Source: Sphagnum compactum (Eukaryota). Taken from it: a DNA stretch of 64,000 bases. The stretch spans positions 22,682,213 through 22,746,212 of the forward strand of contig OZ234493.1 of the NCBI GenBank assembly GCA_965153455.1, written 5' to 3'. The translations under genes and the position numbers were made by a program. Positions 39,526-53,547 of this stretch are shown here, in pieces. The notes beneath the pieces were generated by a model. That model made no database searches. It was not told the DNA's origin and worked only from the letters and a program-made list of their open reading frames with translations. Positions within the stretch are counted from its first letter, which is position 1, and every line of letters begins with the position of its first letter.

Positions 39526-40494
39526 AGCACACCTAGTTTCTCTACTACTTTTTAAACTCTTTAGTTTTTGGGATTTCCTTCCCTGTATTAGAGCACCCGT
39601 CTACCCGCACCCGCTATATGGGGCCTTTACCCTTGTTTATTACATCCAATATAGAGTGCTAGTTGTTTCCTTTGCCACACCCATAAATATGGAAAAAATT
39701 AAACACTACATAATTAATTTGTGAGAATATTTTATATGGGTCTTCGCCGGGATGACGGGCCAATCAGAAGTAGCCAATTCTTTTAAAAATTGAACCTTGG
39801 TTGAAATGTACAAGTCCATTTTGGACCCATTTGAATATTGAAGTAAAGTGCAGTGTGCAGGTCCGTTTAGTGCTGACACTGGACCTGCTCTCTTACAAGC
39901 TAAGAAGGTACCTGAGTTTATTCTTAGTGAAGGTGGGTTTTGGATGCACCTACCTACCTACCTACCTACCTACCTACCTAAGTATTGGTTGTCAATGGTC
40001 ATGTTCAGGGGTTTTTGTAAAAAAAAATTTCCTTCCAATTTTGTGATATAAGAAATTTGGTGAATTTTTCCCCAGAAAAAGAAAAATTAGTCAAATTTTT
40101 TTTTAAAAAAAATTCCAAAAGCTTCCCAATTTTTTTTGGCCTAAAAAACTACAAAAAATTGGCCATAAAAAAGAACACTGAAATCTCAAGCTAATCAATC
40201 ACCTCAAGATTTCGTTTCATTTTATTTTATTTTAGATTATTGTTACAGTCACAATATAATTTGTTAGAAAATAATCTAATTATCAGGAGTGGAATTTAAT
40301 ACTATTGCATTAAAATTGAGACCTTCCTTGTTGTAAGCTTTTTACATGCAAATCACTTTAAATGAAAATTTAAAATTAATTGAAATTGAAGTTTGTGTTT
40401 TGAATTTTGGAGAAAAAAGTCTGTGTGATATGAAGCAAGCACGGAGTATCTTGGTTCAGACTGACTTACTACCATGGCGGCACATGCACAGGCC

Positions 40495-40536
<42 letters not shown>

Positions 40537-41920
40537 GGAAGGGGGGAGTAGAGAAGCTGCAAGAAGAAGTGAAGGTTTTGGGGTGCAGTAGTAGAAGCAG
40601 CTGGAATATTCTGCTTGTAATGAGTGGAGTTGGGACTGTGGAGGCAGGCACTGCAGTTGCAGTTGGGCTGGAGATTTTGATCATGGATGATGGTACTACT
40701 AAGCGGTGGGGTTTTAATTTTTTTAAAAATAAATTTAATTAATTAAAAAAATTTGTAATTTATAATTCATGTTTTTATTTTGGCGAGTTTAATCCAACTT
40801 GGCCAAGAAAAAGGGGACAGTGCGAATCGTACAAAGGATTTATTTTTCTTTTTGGGAAAAAAAGATTGGGCCGAAAACGCCATATTTCAATGGGGGAAAA
40901 AAAAAATCTGAAATTGCCACATTTATTATATATTAAGTTTCCAGCAGCATGAAGCCAAAACATTGGCAGGAATGCTAAAACTTTTTAAATGTCCACTCTG
41001 ACTTGTAGCCAAATTTGGCTAAGTCCTCTTGTGGATGATTGCCAATCCACCTACCTCAGAAAATTGGGGAATTTTAAAATAATTTTAAAAAAAAATAAGG
41101 GCATAAAAAATTATAATTATAATTATAAAAAAATATTAATAAATAAATTTAGAAAAAAAAAAAAAAACCCCGTCATGCAGCAAATGGTAGGTCAAAATTG
41201 GCTTTGGGTAGCTGCATTCAATTTCACTCATGCTGGATGGCTGGCTGGCTGACTGGCTTGCTGCTGTTGCAGACTCTCAAAGCTGGAAGGATCATATTTT
41301 GCTGTCGTGTGCTTGCTGATCTCATCGACGATGGCACGCGCTTTCGTGTGTTTTTTCCCCCCTCCCCTCTCTCTCTCTCTCTGTCTCTTTCCAACTCGCT
41401 CATGGATGGTTGTCAATCCAGCTAAGATAGATGCAGATCATAGCTGCAGCTGGATGCCGTGTCTGTTCACCTGTTGTTCATGTTACAGCAGTTATTGATC
41501 TTAGTAGAAGTCACACAATGTGTTGTGATCACAACCACCTAATGGAAAGCCACTGACATAGTGTGCCTTGCTTCTTCCTCCTCTTCTTCTTCTTATTTAC
41601 AACAGCTTCTAGATAATCAAGTGCTCGGCAGCTAGTTAGCTAGGTGCGCATATAGATCTGACTGAGACATCAGAGACCCAGAGAAAGACACACACACAAG
41701 CTGAGACAGAGACACAAACACAATCACACACATACACAGACACAGAGTACTTAGTGAAATTCTAGCAGCAAGCAAGCAAGCAAGCAATAGGTGATGCATT
41801 TCAGCTGCTGATTGAATGAGCAAGAGATCAGTCGACCAGCAGAAGCAAGAATCAGTTGGCATTTGAATCGACAGACTGACTGCAATTTACAGGAGCTGTA
41901 CAACTACGAATTTTGCAGAA

Positions 41921-44321
41921 ATGGCGGTTGCTGTTTTGAGATCATGTGGGTTGCAGAGCGGGTGCGTATCGAGGAGGAGGAGGAGTAGGAGAACTGCACA
42001 GGCTGCTACTGATCACAGCTCTTCTTCTACTACGCTAAATTTGGTCTTTGCTGGCGCAGTTTGGTTGATTACTGGATTTCTTCTATTTTGCTGTTCCTGT
42101 GTTGTGGCCGCGGAGTCCAAAGCTGCCACGGTTCGCCCTGATCTCGCCTTAGGAACTGGATTCTATCAAACGTCGTGCCCGGAATTACAGGACATAGTTT
42201 CATCAGTTGTGGCAAGCCATGTACGAAAGGACCCGACATCAGGTGCTCCTCTAGTGCGCTTGTTCTTCCACGACTGTGCTGTCAATGTAAGTAAGCAAAT
42301 CTCCTTGTCTCGGCGGCCTCTCAATATTCAGACCCTCTTCTGCTCCTGCCATTCATAATATAAGTTTTCACTAATATCTGATCAGTTAGGGTCCCTTTCC
42401 ATTAGGTTGCTGTGATCACAACTACACCCAATAAGCTCTGATCACTTCAGCCTTGTTACAACAGTTTGCTTCCCATTGCAGCTACCTGCAATGGACTAAA
42501 AAAATATAGCTCTTGAATGTAACTTTTAGTTACTCATAAGTTCCAATTGAAAAAATTGTGATAAACATCATCTTATGGTGATTCACAACTCTCATAGCTC
42601 CTGCATTTGATCAATGTAAAGCTGCGTGAAATGAAAAGGATTTTGTCATAATAGCCCCGAATCAAAAGATATCCTTAGAGACTACCGATGCAAATTGTGA
42701 AGGATCTAATCCGGGAGCTGGGGTCACCATTTCTCAGTCAATATTTTAAGTGGGTTTGCTTAGACCAGATGCAAAACCCAAAAAAAATAAGACTGGACAT
42801 AGACTGGACATGAAGAGTACTGAAGAATTTCGGACTGTAATTGAGAGTGCTAGAGTACACATGACTTACTTGCACGCAGGATTCTTCTTGACAAGTTTGT
42901 GCATGATGCGTGCAGGGTTGTGATGCATCCGTGTTGATCGATTCCACTCCCAACAATACTGCAGAGAAAGATGCAGTGCCCAACCTAACCTTAGCAGGAT
43001 TCAACGTCATCAGCGACATCAAGAGTCAGGTAGAAGCAAGATGCGCTGGTATTGTTTCATGCGCCGACATCATAGCTCTCGCTGCCAAAGACGCTGTTGC
43101 ACAGGTATATACATACAGAGACTTTTCTTCCATGTCCATGCCCATGTGACCTTGGCTCTGCCCTTCAAGGTAGAGGAGATAAATTGTGATACACCCACAA
43201 GAAATGAGCCGAAGTTTGGTATCCCTACATTCTAGGGAACATTTTAAATCTTCTTGCATCAGTCAGGGATTCTCAGCTTGATTACAACAGCAGCAGCAAA
43301 TTAGTTTTCCCCTTGAAAATAATACCAATAATAACTTTTTCTTTTGTTGTCTCTTGCAACTTTGTTGCAGCAAGGAGGACCCAATTGGATTGTGGAGTTG
43401 GGAAGGAGAGATGGTGTTGTGTCATCTGCTGCAGAGGCTACAGCTCTACTACCTTCCTCTCATTCCAATGCTCAATCACTGATTGCCGCTTTTGCTACAC
43501 TTAACTTGACTTCCCAAGACTTGGTCACATTGTCTGGTGAGCCCAATCATACATATATATCTACTTACTTACGTCTTGATTCTCAACAAATGAAAAAAAT
43601 GAGAAAGAAAGAAAGAGAGAGAGTGGGTTGCTGCTGCTTGTTTTGTGCTTTTACCACAAAACACTTTGACTACAACAGTCTTGATGAGGTTTAAGGGTAC
43701 AGCAATTTGAGGTTTTAACCTCCCAATTCCTTATCAAGTAGTTGAAGGATGAGGTGAGGGGTCGATACCAGACCAACACTGGTAGAGATGGGAGACAATA
43801 TCTTACAATTTCCAATTGTGAATTTTAGCTGACTGTCAGTATTGGGGCTGAGCTTCCATCATTGTAAGTTTGAAATTTTTTCTCTAAGGTTTGGGGAGCT
43901 TGGAATCTGTGCAGGAGCTCATACATTTGGAAGAGCGCATTGTACAGAAGTGGCAAGACGGTTCTATGGCTTCAACAGCACTACTGGGATGGACCCAACA
44001 CTCTCAGCCAAATATGGAGAGATGCTGAGGTCTTTGTGTCCACTACCGCTCAGTCCAACAGCAACAGTACCACTCGACCCAGTAACTCCAAATGTGTTTG
44101 ATAAGGTTTACTACTCAGATTTATTGCAAGGGAAGGGCTTGATGTCATCCGATGCTGGGCTGGTGGCAGATCCACATACAGCTCGTATTGTACTGGAGTA
44201 CTCACAAAGCAAAGCTGCGTTCTTTGAGCAATTTGCTACATCTATGATCAAATTGGGTCGGGTAGGAGTGAAATTGGGATCAGAAGGACAAGTGAGAAGA
44301 AACTGTTCAGCTGTAAACTGA
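41921..44321 (+). CDS. Class III (secretory) heme peroxidase, ~375 aa
   Basis: Exons 41921-42286, 42916-43104 (189 nt), 43371-43536 (166 nt), 43915-44321, the classical 3-intron layout. Motifs [74 protein letters not shown]. Confidence 0.96.
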
Positions 44322-45838
44322 GCCAGGCTTGTGCACTAGATTCAAGTGTAAAGGAGAATGGACAATCCCAAGTTGTCTTTAAGTAAATAGTTCCCCCATT
44401 TTATGTCCCAGCTCCTGCCCCTTTACTGCTTCACTCCAGAGATGCCAAAACTCAATCAAATCAGGCAGGACAATTCCCAATTCTTTCCCCCAAAGACTTT
44501 TGAAGCTCTAGCCTTCTGCACATCAGCATTGCCCATATACCTTCTACCTATTGTATCTATGCAAGAGGAGAGGTTTGTGCCACAATACTCTCTCATATGT
44601 ACATTGTGACAACAACCCAATACTCTTGGGTTCCTAGACAAAGCCCAGGTCAGGCCTAATTAAGCCCTCTTGCAATCTTGTTTTGGCCGACAGTAAGTAA
44701 TTTTTAAAAGCTTGCTTCATACAGAGAGCTAGAGATGTTATGATAGGAGGCTTGTGTTACCTTTTTGAAAAAGGGTAGAACAATTGCCGACAGAGTCGGG
44801 GTCACAAATACTATCAAATTCTTTTATTGTAATTAAAGACCAATTTTTACAATGTTGAAAGGATATTATTTTTATATCCGACTTACTTATGAGTAGAATT
44901 ATCATTAGCAAAGAGGTGCAAATTCAAAGCAAAAAGTTATAGGAAAAAGGGGCTCTGGATCAAAGTGAATGTGTCAATGAGAGAAATTTGTGAGACCCAC
45001 CAAGCTAATTACGTGCATAAACTCTACTAGTATGCTAATTGGAAGTCACCGGATCATCATTGGAAAATGCTTGTAGTAGTTCAAATATGAATTCTCTTTG
45101 TTGTCCAGGAATGTGAAGAAGATCAATAATATATTGGGTCCAGAATACTAACATTCATAATTGCGGGTGTTGATTTAGTTTGCCATAGAGGTGAGAATCT
45201 TGAGGAATTACAATTATCCCACTCAAGGCACACATTCTAATTGCTTTAGATTTCAATTTAGGGTTTAGTCTGGGTGTGCAAAGTCCCCGCAAAGCATGCA
45301 TGTCTATATAACACTTTGAACCAAAGATGAACAAAATTCCAGGCAGAAAATTTCAGCTGAATTGTTATGGATTAAGCTATTGAAATCTTCATGGAGTTTT
45401 TGGGGGCTCTGATTTTGTAGGGATTAAACAAAGATTATTTTGAACTCTTTAAACTTGGGGATTTCTCAGCTGTCTTAATTCAGGTATGGATTTAAGAAAT
45501 TCATAGAGTTTTAATGCATTTTTGGCATCAATCTTTTAGGGTAAGGGCACAACTCATTTGCTCTTGAAGTTTGACAGAAGTGTATCAATTAGAACTTAGG
45601 TGGTCAAATTTAGCTTAGCACCATGAGGTGCCTTTTTCAAATGGCTTGAATTCCCTCATTGAACTGGATGACATTAGCTAGTCTATTATCTTGGCCCCCT
45701 TATCACATCCCAATCTACAAGCATTCATCCACTCACCAAAACATGCGAGCTCTCATTTGAATGAAAAGCTAGATAAAGAAAACACCTTGTTTCTTTCAGA
45801 ATTTACAAAAGCTTCATAGATTGTTACACATTATTAAG

Positions 45839-45934
45839 TAGCTAAGGAGTCCTCCAATGTAGGGATTGTTTGAGGTAAATTGGCTTAGCTAAGGAGTCCT
45901 CCAATGTAGGGATTGTTTGAGGTAAATTGGCTTA
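45839..45934. repeat. Perfect 47-bp tandem duplication
   Basis: TAGCTAAGGAGTCCTCCAATGTAGGGATTGTTTGAGGTAAATTGGCT at 45839 and 45886. Confidence 0.95.
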
Positions 45935-48900
45935 CTTCAAGCGAAATGAAATCATAGCTATTTAAATGGACTCTAAGGTTAATGTTAAGCTATTGGTTAA
46001 AGGTTAGGGTTATGGAATTAAGTTTCAATGCATAATTTCCTTAAATTGGTTGCATGTGTTTCAACCCATAAACACGTGAATATGGTAGAGAGCATGCACA
46101 AATTTTGATGTTTTTTTTTTATACAAAAGATGCAATGGGAGAAAACACAACTAATGGGTATCAAGGTTACCAAGAGGGATGTCCCTCAACTTGGGATGTC
46201 CCTGAGCTGGGATGTCCATGTGGGATGAAAAATGATGAGACGAGTGGATTATGACCAAAAGCCCTCATGTAAATGGGAACAACCCCTAAAACACAAGTCT
46301 AAGTTTTTTCAATTCATTCCCCCCAATACCCCTTGTAATTCACCATAATTGTACACATGTTTCATCCACCTATTATCCAACCCTAGCACCCTCTAGGTGA
46401 AAGCCTTGGGTGTTTAATTTGGACTATCAAAGTTGTAGCTTTCTAAATTGTAAATGAACTTAAAATGTGGAATCATATTCAACATTAATATTGTTAATTT
46501 TGAATTATGTATGTTACAATAGACTTGAAGAAGAATCATATTGAAAAAATGGATGAGTTCTAAGAAAATCTAAAGGATTCATTATGGACTTTTGAAGCAA
46601 CGACACTATGTTTATCATACATATAAAATAAAAAATGTGAAAAATGTCATAATAATGTCAAAATAAAAATAATAAAATAAGCCACCATCAATGAGGAGTT
46701 CAAAGATAAGATGCATTGAAACTTTCTTAATACAAGATACTTTAATTTTTGAAAAATTAGAATTATGTCATGATTTTCATGATTTTTTTTTCATGTCACA
46801 TTGAAATCTTTGAACTTTCACATGGATGTTTTGAGCAATCACATGTCTAATGATTTCTATAAAGTGACTTATCAATACTTTTGACCAAAAGCATAAGGTA
46901 TACCTATAGGATATATAGTTTGATAATTATTGAAATTGTAAGATTTTAGCTAACGTAAGATGTGAATTTTTCAAAATGTCAAAAGTGAATCACATAATCT
47001 TGTTGTTAGGATAGATGTAAGAAAAATTTCACTTTTAGTGGGTTTTAATTTCTAAATCTCAAATTTAACCTTAATTTCTAAATCCTAAACTCTAATTGAT
47101 TGAGATGTGTCATTCTATGCCAACTAAACTTTAAAACTTAAACCAAGTGGCAATTTTTAAATAATTTTAAAAATTACATGTGTTAGATGTTAATTGATTC
47201 ACATGTTGTATATATTCAAATATTTATGTTGATGGATTTAATTTATTATCAAATTTTATCAAGACACATGGCATTTGTTAAATCGTTAGTTGATGACACA
47301 TTTTAATTGGCCAATTTATAAATTCCATCCATTCAAAAATCCATGTGGCATCTTATGAATAATTTTACAATTTTCACACTATGTCAAAACATGGCATCCA
47401 TGATTGGTCTTTTTTTACTAGGTTAGTTGTTTATGCCATTTTTAGTCATTTATGCCATGTGTCACATATTGATTGGCTTGTGCATATGTTGAGTTAAATA
47501 ATTTATTATAGTATGAATTTAAAATCAAATTAGGTTGAAACACAGGGCCAACCATGATATCAATTTTAGTAGTCCTACATGTATATTATTTATTGAAATT
47601 ACACATGGCATCATAACAATGGGCTAGTAGGAATAATGCTAATAATATAATTTTCCATCCAACAACTCGGATTCACTTGATGCTTGTCATGTCTGTAATC
47701 ATACATTTCATATGATTACAAATAATGTCCTAAATGTATGTAGTTGTCATCCCAAAGCACTATAATCATATGTTGTAAACTACTAAAGTCATGGTTAGTC
47801 ATGGTATGGCATTTGCAAGTATGATCATGCCCGTGACTAATGGTATGAAGTAACAAGTCCTTATTGATTATGTAGTCATCTAGTCATTTGTCTTTATACA
47901 ACTACATATGTAGTCATGGATTTAGTTATAAAATGACATTTATGGCTAATGGTTGGTCAGGGTGTTACTTGAAATATGGGACATTCATACTATTCCCTAA
48001 CGACCCACCTCCTCCAATTTCAAAAGTTGAAAGGATAACATTTCACAACATACAAGGCAAGGATGATGGGTGGGTGAACATGCATTATTCCATTGGAAAA
48101 AAATCCTAGGGGGAGGAATCATGAAAACTTCAACATGTAACTTCATGTTCTTGATTGTTTATAAGAATCAATCCTTATAATGCCTCAATTTGAAATTCAA
48201 TCTATAATGACAATAATTTTTAAATAACTAGGTCTTGAACTACTAATGGACCTTTGGGATAGATTCGATAGTTTGGATGCTAAAAGTTTTGGTAAAATGA
48301 TTCAAACCACATTTGAATTGGCACGAGCCAAACTACCTTGCAACTTTGGCAAGTGGAGAGATTATGTGGACTTCTTAGTTGATTTGCAATAGTTTGCCAC
48401 GATCAAATCAAACACATATGCAAGGAATAGGGCGTTGGAACTAACAAATTTGTATTTTTATTTGATCCAACTACAAATGTTTTGGCAATGGGTTTGATAA
48501 CACTAGGAGATGTGGCATGTTTTGTGGTCAAGGGAACCATTTGAAGATTGAATTATGGCTACAAAATCTTTGAGGACGTTCAAGGTTGAAAGAAAGAATT
48601 TGGATTTAAGCCATGTGTTTACAATTTTCAATAAGTTGTCCACTTTCATTAGTCAAACAATTTGATTTCCTTGAGAGATCACAATTAATGATTTCCTTGG
48701 AAACAAAAAGAGATGATAAAAGGAAACATGGGTAAAATGTTGTTTACTTTGTCTTTTGTGTTTTTGCATGTAATCTTACATTGTGGGCCTAAAACCAAGC
48801 TTACCATTCCAATGGTTGGGGTGTGAGCTACATGGTCTTTTATGTTGTGGGTGGCCCCAAAGGATTTCATTTGTTAATGATCTTGTGATTGGGGTTTAAT

Positions 48901-48949
48901 CTGAGCTTTGTCTATTTCTCCTTGAATTTTGGAATATTTTCTTTGACTA

Positions 48950-50560
48950 GTTGTTTAGTTCCCTTTGTCAAATATGGTGCATAACGATTCATCTTTGCGG
49001 TTGAAGAGTTTTTTCCCTTTGACAACCATTCAAGAGGTTTTTTGCCCTCAACATCACTAACCATCCTTATTTTATTGTGATTCAATTATTCCTTGACGAT
49101 GGACAAAACCATTTATTTGTCAATTTTCATGAAATCATATAATGATATACTTTCTTCACTATTCATTGCAAAAGGAACAACTTTAGTTGTGATTGGGTTC
49201 AAATTTAAGTACATATTCATAAACTAAAAATAGAAACAACCCATACCTATCATATTCACCTTCAATCCAAAGTGTTATTTCATTCCCAACATATTGGATC
49301 ACACTAGCTTTAACCCTTTGAAATGCGGGTCCAACATTACATTCAATATTTTATGAACTTTGTACTCATGAAAGGTCAACATAAATGAAAGGAAGGGGCC
49401 TATAATTGTTATAACTTTTTTGCATCTATTGATGTAAGACTTGAAGTTCTGCATCAAAATCTTGGATGTTTGAAGACCTTGGTGCCAAGCTTTGTATTTG
49501 CATTTGGATGATAAGAAAAATTGTGATAATAAATGAATAAGAAAATAACCAATATCCTTTGCTTTGGTTAACAACAGATTTGTTGACAACGTGGTAAAAA
49601 TTATAAGGTGCAATTTATTGAAAAAAGTATAATTTATTTCAATGTAAATAGGTGTGTTTCAAGTTCACAAGTTATACTTAAAATATAATTTATCTAGAAT
49701 ATGCCGTTATTTCATAAATTTTTTAAAAATACCCTTTTATTTCATATATCTAACATCCTATAAAAGATTCTACGAATTCCAACACCTCATAAGAAACAAC
49801 AAAAATTAGGGTAGTGGTTATAGTTGAAAGATTGCTACCTTTGCCTTTGACATATTATGCAATTATTTTTACATTTAGCCCATTTGTTTGTAGTACTTGA
49901 TTCATTTGTAGAATCATGGTAGGTTTAGATGTGTCAATTGTTTCAAATAAATCAATAGTTACATGGTAGGGACCCCAAATTTGGGTTTAAAAATGAATAA
50001 TCATAACAAAAGTGTTGATTCCTCCTTCCAACATCCATAACTTGTCAAAATTGACTTTGCAAGTGTCACAAGATTGAATAGGTTACTCAATGAATTTCTC
50101 TTTTATCGTTTCAACCAACTTTGGCAAAGTTTCATGCATTAGGGTACAGTTGATGGAAACCTAGTACAAGGATTTTGTCTCAAGACTAATCTTCTAAGAA
50201 ATGGAAACTCACCAAAAAACAAAGGCACTAGTTCCTTAGCAATAAATAAGACCAAATCCTTTTCGAATTGTTTTTTATGATGATCATTCTTTTGTTGATT
50301 GTCGATATTGAAATGCATTCTTTTCACATTCACCCCATTCAATTTATAACTCAGATTGCCCTTTCTTGCTCTTGGAGATGGATCAATTTTGATAAGACAA
50401 AACACATCTTAGATTTTTACAATTAATTGGATTTGATTTTGGAGTTGGAATTGGTGTAGCTATAATTGGTGTGTAAGATGCCCATGTAGTGGTAGTCCAA
50501 TCTTTTAGCTTCCAAAAATCACGATGTTTTGCCAATAACGGTCACTATAATGCATCCATC
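48950..50560 (-). mobile_element. Decayed hAT-type DNA transposase relic
   Basis: Minus-strand fragments KQFEKDLVLFIAKELVPLFFGEFPFLRRLVLRQNPCTRFPS (cf. PxSxVExxxFxxLxxxLxPxxxxPS) and NVMLDPHFKGL (cf. LDPRFK). Boundaries approximate. Confidence 0.7.
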
Positions 50561-53321
50561 ATTGTGGAAGATATCTCTGCAACAACATTAGGAGTCGAAT
50601 CACATCTAATTGATGGTTGATGATGCTGCAATAATAGAACCACAACATTTCCTATCAACTAAATCAGTGAAAATGTCAATCATTTTGTGAAATTGATTTT
50701 CAACTTCTTCCGCCTTTGCAACATCTCCTACAAAATTCCTTAAAATAACAAGACTTAATAAATGTTCAACCAAAAACAAAAAGCCTAAATGACAAACATA
50801 AACATAAAAGATTGAAAAAACAAAACACAAACGGGTAGTGAACATTTTAAGAGATGAATGACAAGGAGTAACCAAAACACTTGAACAATGAACAAAAACC
50901 AAAGTCTCTTAGTAGCAAACAACCAATCCAAAAAGCAATAATAGCAAATGCACTTGAGTGATGAGTAGCCATTTAAGTGATAAGCAACAACCAAAAATTT
51001 GCTAGGTTCCTAATCTTCTCCTAGGTTCTAGTTTGGGTCCTTTGGATTGAAAATGGAATTGATGATTTTTCCCCACCAAAGTAGGTACTTGCCCAACATT
51101 GGTCGCAATGTTGCAACCTGTGGTATTGTGCGACAACAGAATTTTTATTTTTCTTTTTTAGAGCTTATATACTTTTAACCAGCAGATATATATATTTCTC
51201 AAAATTTTATTTTTATCTTTAATTTAGTTGATATACTAGAATTCATATACCTCCCCACCAATCTTCTTTGTAAAAAAATGTGATGTTGCACCCAAAATGG
51301 TGATCCGCCACAAGAGGATTTAGCTAAATTTGGTTACTTGCTAGAACCTACTATCTAAATATGGCAACTTTTTAAAGAAGAAAGCTAGAATTTTATCTAA
51401 ATCTGCCAATTTTTTTTGGTGATTTCATAGCTTTCTTCTGGAATTCTATTTGAAATTTTTCTAAAAGCCTTTGATGATGTTGTGGGGCCCTTTCTCTTTG
51501 CAAAATGGCAAAAAAATGTCAAAAAAAAAAGCACTGCTCCCCATCACTGGTCCTAACCAGTGTTGTCTGGTTGTGTATTTTTGTGCTTCTCAAACTCAGA
51601 TTGTAATACCTGGCCATTGTGAGGGATCATCCAATATCCAAATGTTATGATTAAGGTAGGACCAGTTTTGTTGGCTTCTTACTTTGAAAGGGAACCTCCA
51701 ATGCAGTTTTCAACTTTTTTTCTTCTTAAATCTTTGGTTCCAGTTCAAGGATATTTCTTAAAAAAACTGAAAGAACCTCAAGATAAACCCTAAACCCCTG
51801 AACCCAATTCTTCACATTTCAACACTCCTGGCTCTTGATTTAAAAAAAACAATCCTAGGCAAGTCTGGTTCCAAACCAGATCTAGACTTTCTACCAACCT
51901 GTGCATAGTGCAAATTGAATTTTTTCTAGTTACGAGCACCAAACAATCAATAAAAAGTGACTGCCTAACATATCAACTACATGTCTAAAACACCCCAAAA
52001 CACAAAAAAAAAACCAAAACAAAAAAAAATTGCATACTAGAGACAATTCCATTTTAAAAAATTAAAAATACCCAAATTTTAAATTTTAAACATTGAAATT
52101 ATAGAATACTTTTTAAAAAAAATGAACAATCAAAACCCATATGAAATGGATTTTGAGTCTGGTTTTGGTTCCATGTAAGGTTCTAGCCAGAGGCTGCTGG
52201 TTCCCATTTCTGGTTTGTTGGCTGGTTGTCAGATCCAGTTAGACTGGTTCTTTTCAAATTTCAAAACCAACAATGTACATACCCAATAATTGAACTAAGA
52301 GCTGAAGCCGAAAACCAACCAACAACCAAGAATCTACTACACTAGTAGATGCAAATAGGTTTCTCTCATGCAATGAATGCACAAAGCTTAGAAAATAGAC
52401 AGAATTTATGGCCACCAGGAGGGGGATTTTTTTTTTTTGTTTTTCAATTTTGTGAGGTAGGTGGGTCGGTCATCCACAAGAGGTTTTAGCCAAATTTGGC
52501 TACAGGTCAGACAAAGAGGGAATTTACCTGCCTATGTCTTAGCTAGGGACTAATGTTTAAATATGGCGATTCGACAACTGACAAATCCATGACAAATCCA
52601 TCAAAAAACACAAGGCATATTTACAATTCACTTACGAAAAACATTAAGCGAACTTATTAAGTTAAGAGCTGGCTCCCCAACATAAGAACAAATTGGCAAC
52701 TTTCAGTCAAATCACAATTAATTATAAATTTGTCTTCATGATGATGATGCTGCTGCTGCTGCTGCTGCTGTTCTACCAGAAAGCTGAATACCTATAAGTT
52801 TGAACTAACTATTCAGAACTAGTTTAGCCAGTTCAACCTTATTCAGAATTCAAATTTCTAAATTTCAGTTTGAGAGCTGAATATTATTAAGTTATGAATC
52901 TTAGTACTTCTGAATCTATAATTAGTTTAAGTAACTTGTTTGTAACTAATTAACCCAATTTTTTTTCTCTCATCAAAGAAAGGCTCCTCTTGAGGGTGTT
53001 CAACTGCAGTTTGCCTGTGACTGATTTGTGCAAAATAATTCACTGGGGTCTCTACTCTCCCAATTGACTCTTTAAGAATGTGAAAGAAGTGGAGGGACAA
53101 TTTTGTCAGCTAGCTGAATGAACTGGGCCACTAAAACTAGCAACTTACTTGGGTCAACTGGTTTAGCAAACTTGTTCAGCAAGGCACTTTGCTTCTAACA
53201 ATGGTTCAATGGTGAGTATAAAATTGTCACATTGGGTGCATACAGTTTTCAAGAATATTTTAGAATAAGAAATCACCTAAGGGTGCGAGGTTGACTCTTA
53301 TTAGGGTGAATGAATCCCCTC

Positions 53322-53356
<35 letters not shown>

Positions 53357-53547
53357 GGTGGTGGGTTGAGCTTCTTCCCTAGAGAGCTAAATTAAACAAT
53401 TTTAGCCCATTGATGTGATTTTCCCCACCCAATTAGTTCAGTTAAATTTCAAGCTATAATAATAGATATACTATTAATAAAATCAATTATTTCAAGATGA
53501 TTCCTGAGGAGAAAATATTTTTATTTTGTGGCAGTTGATGATGATGT

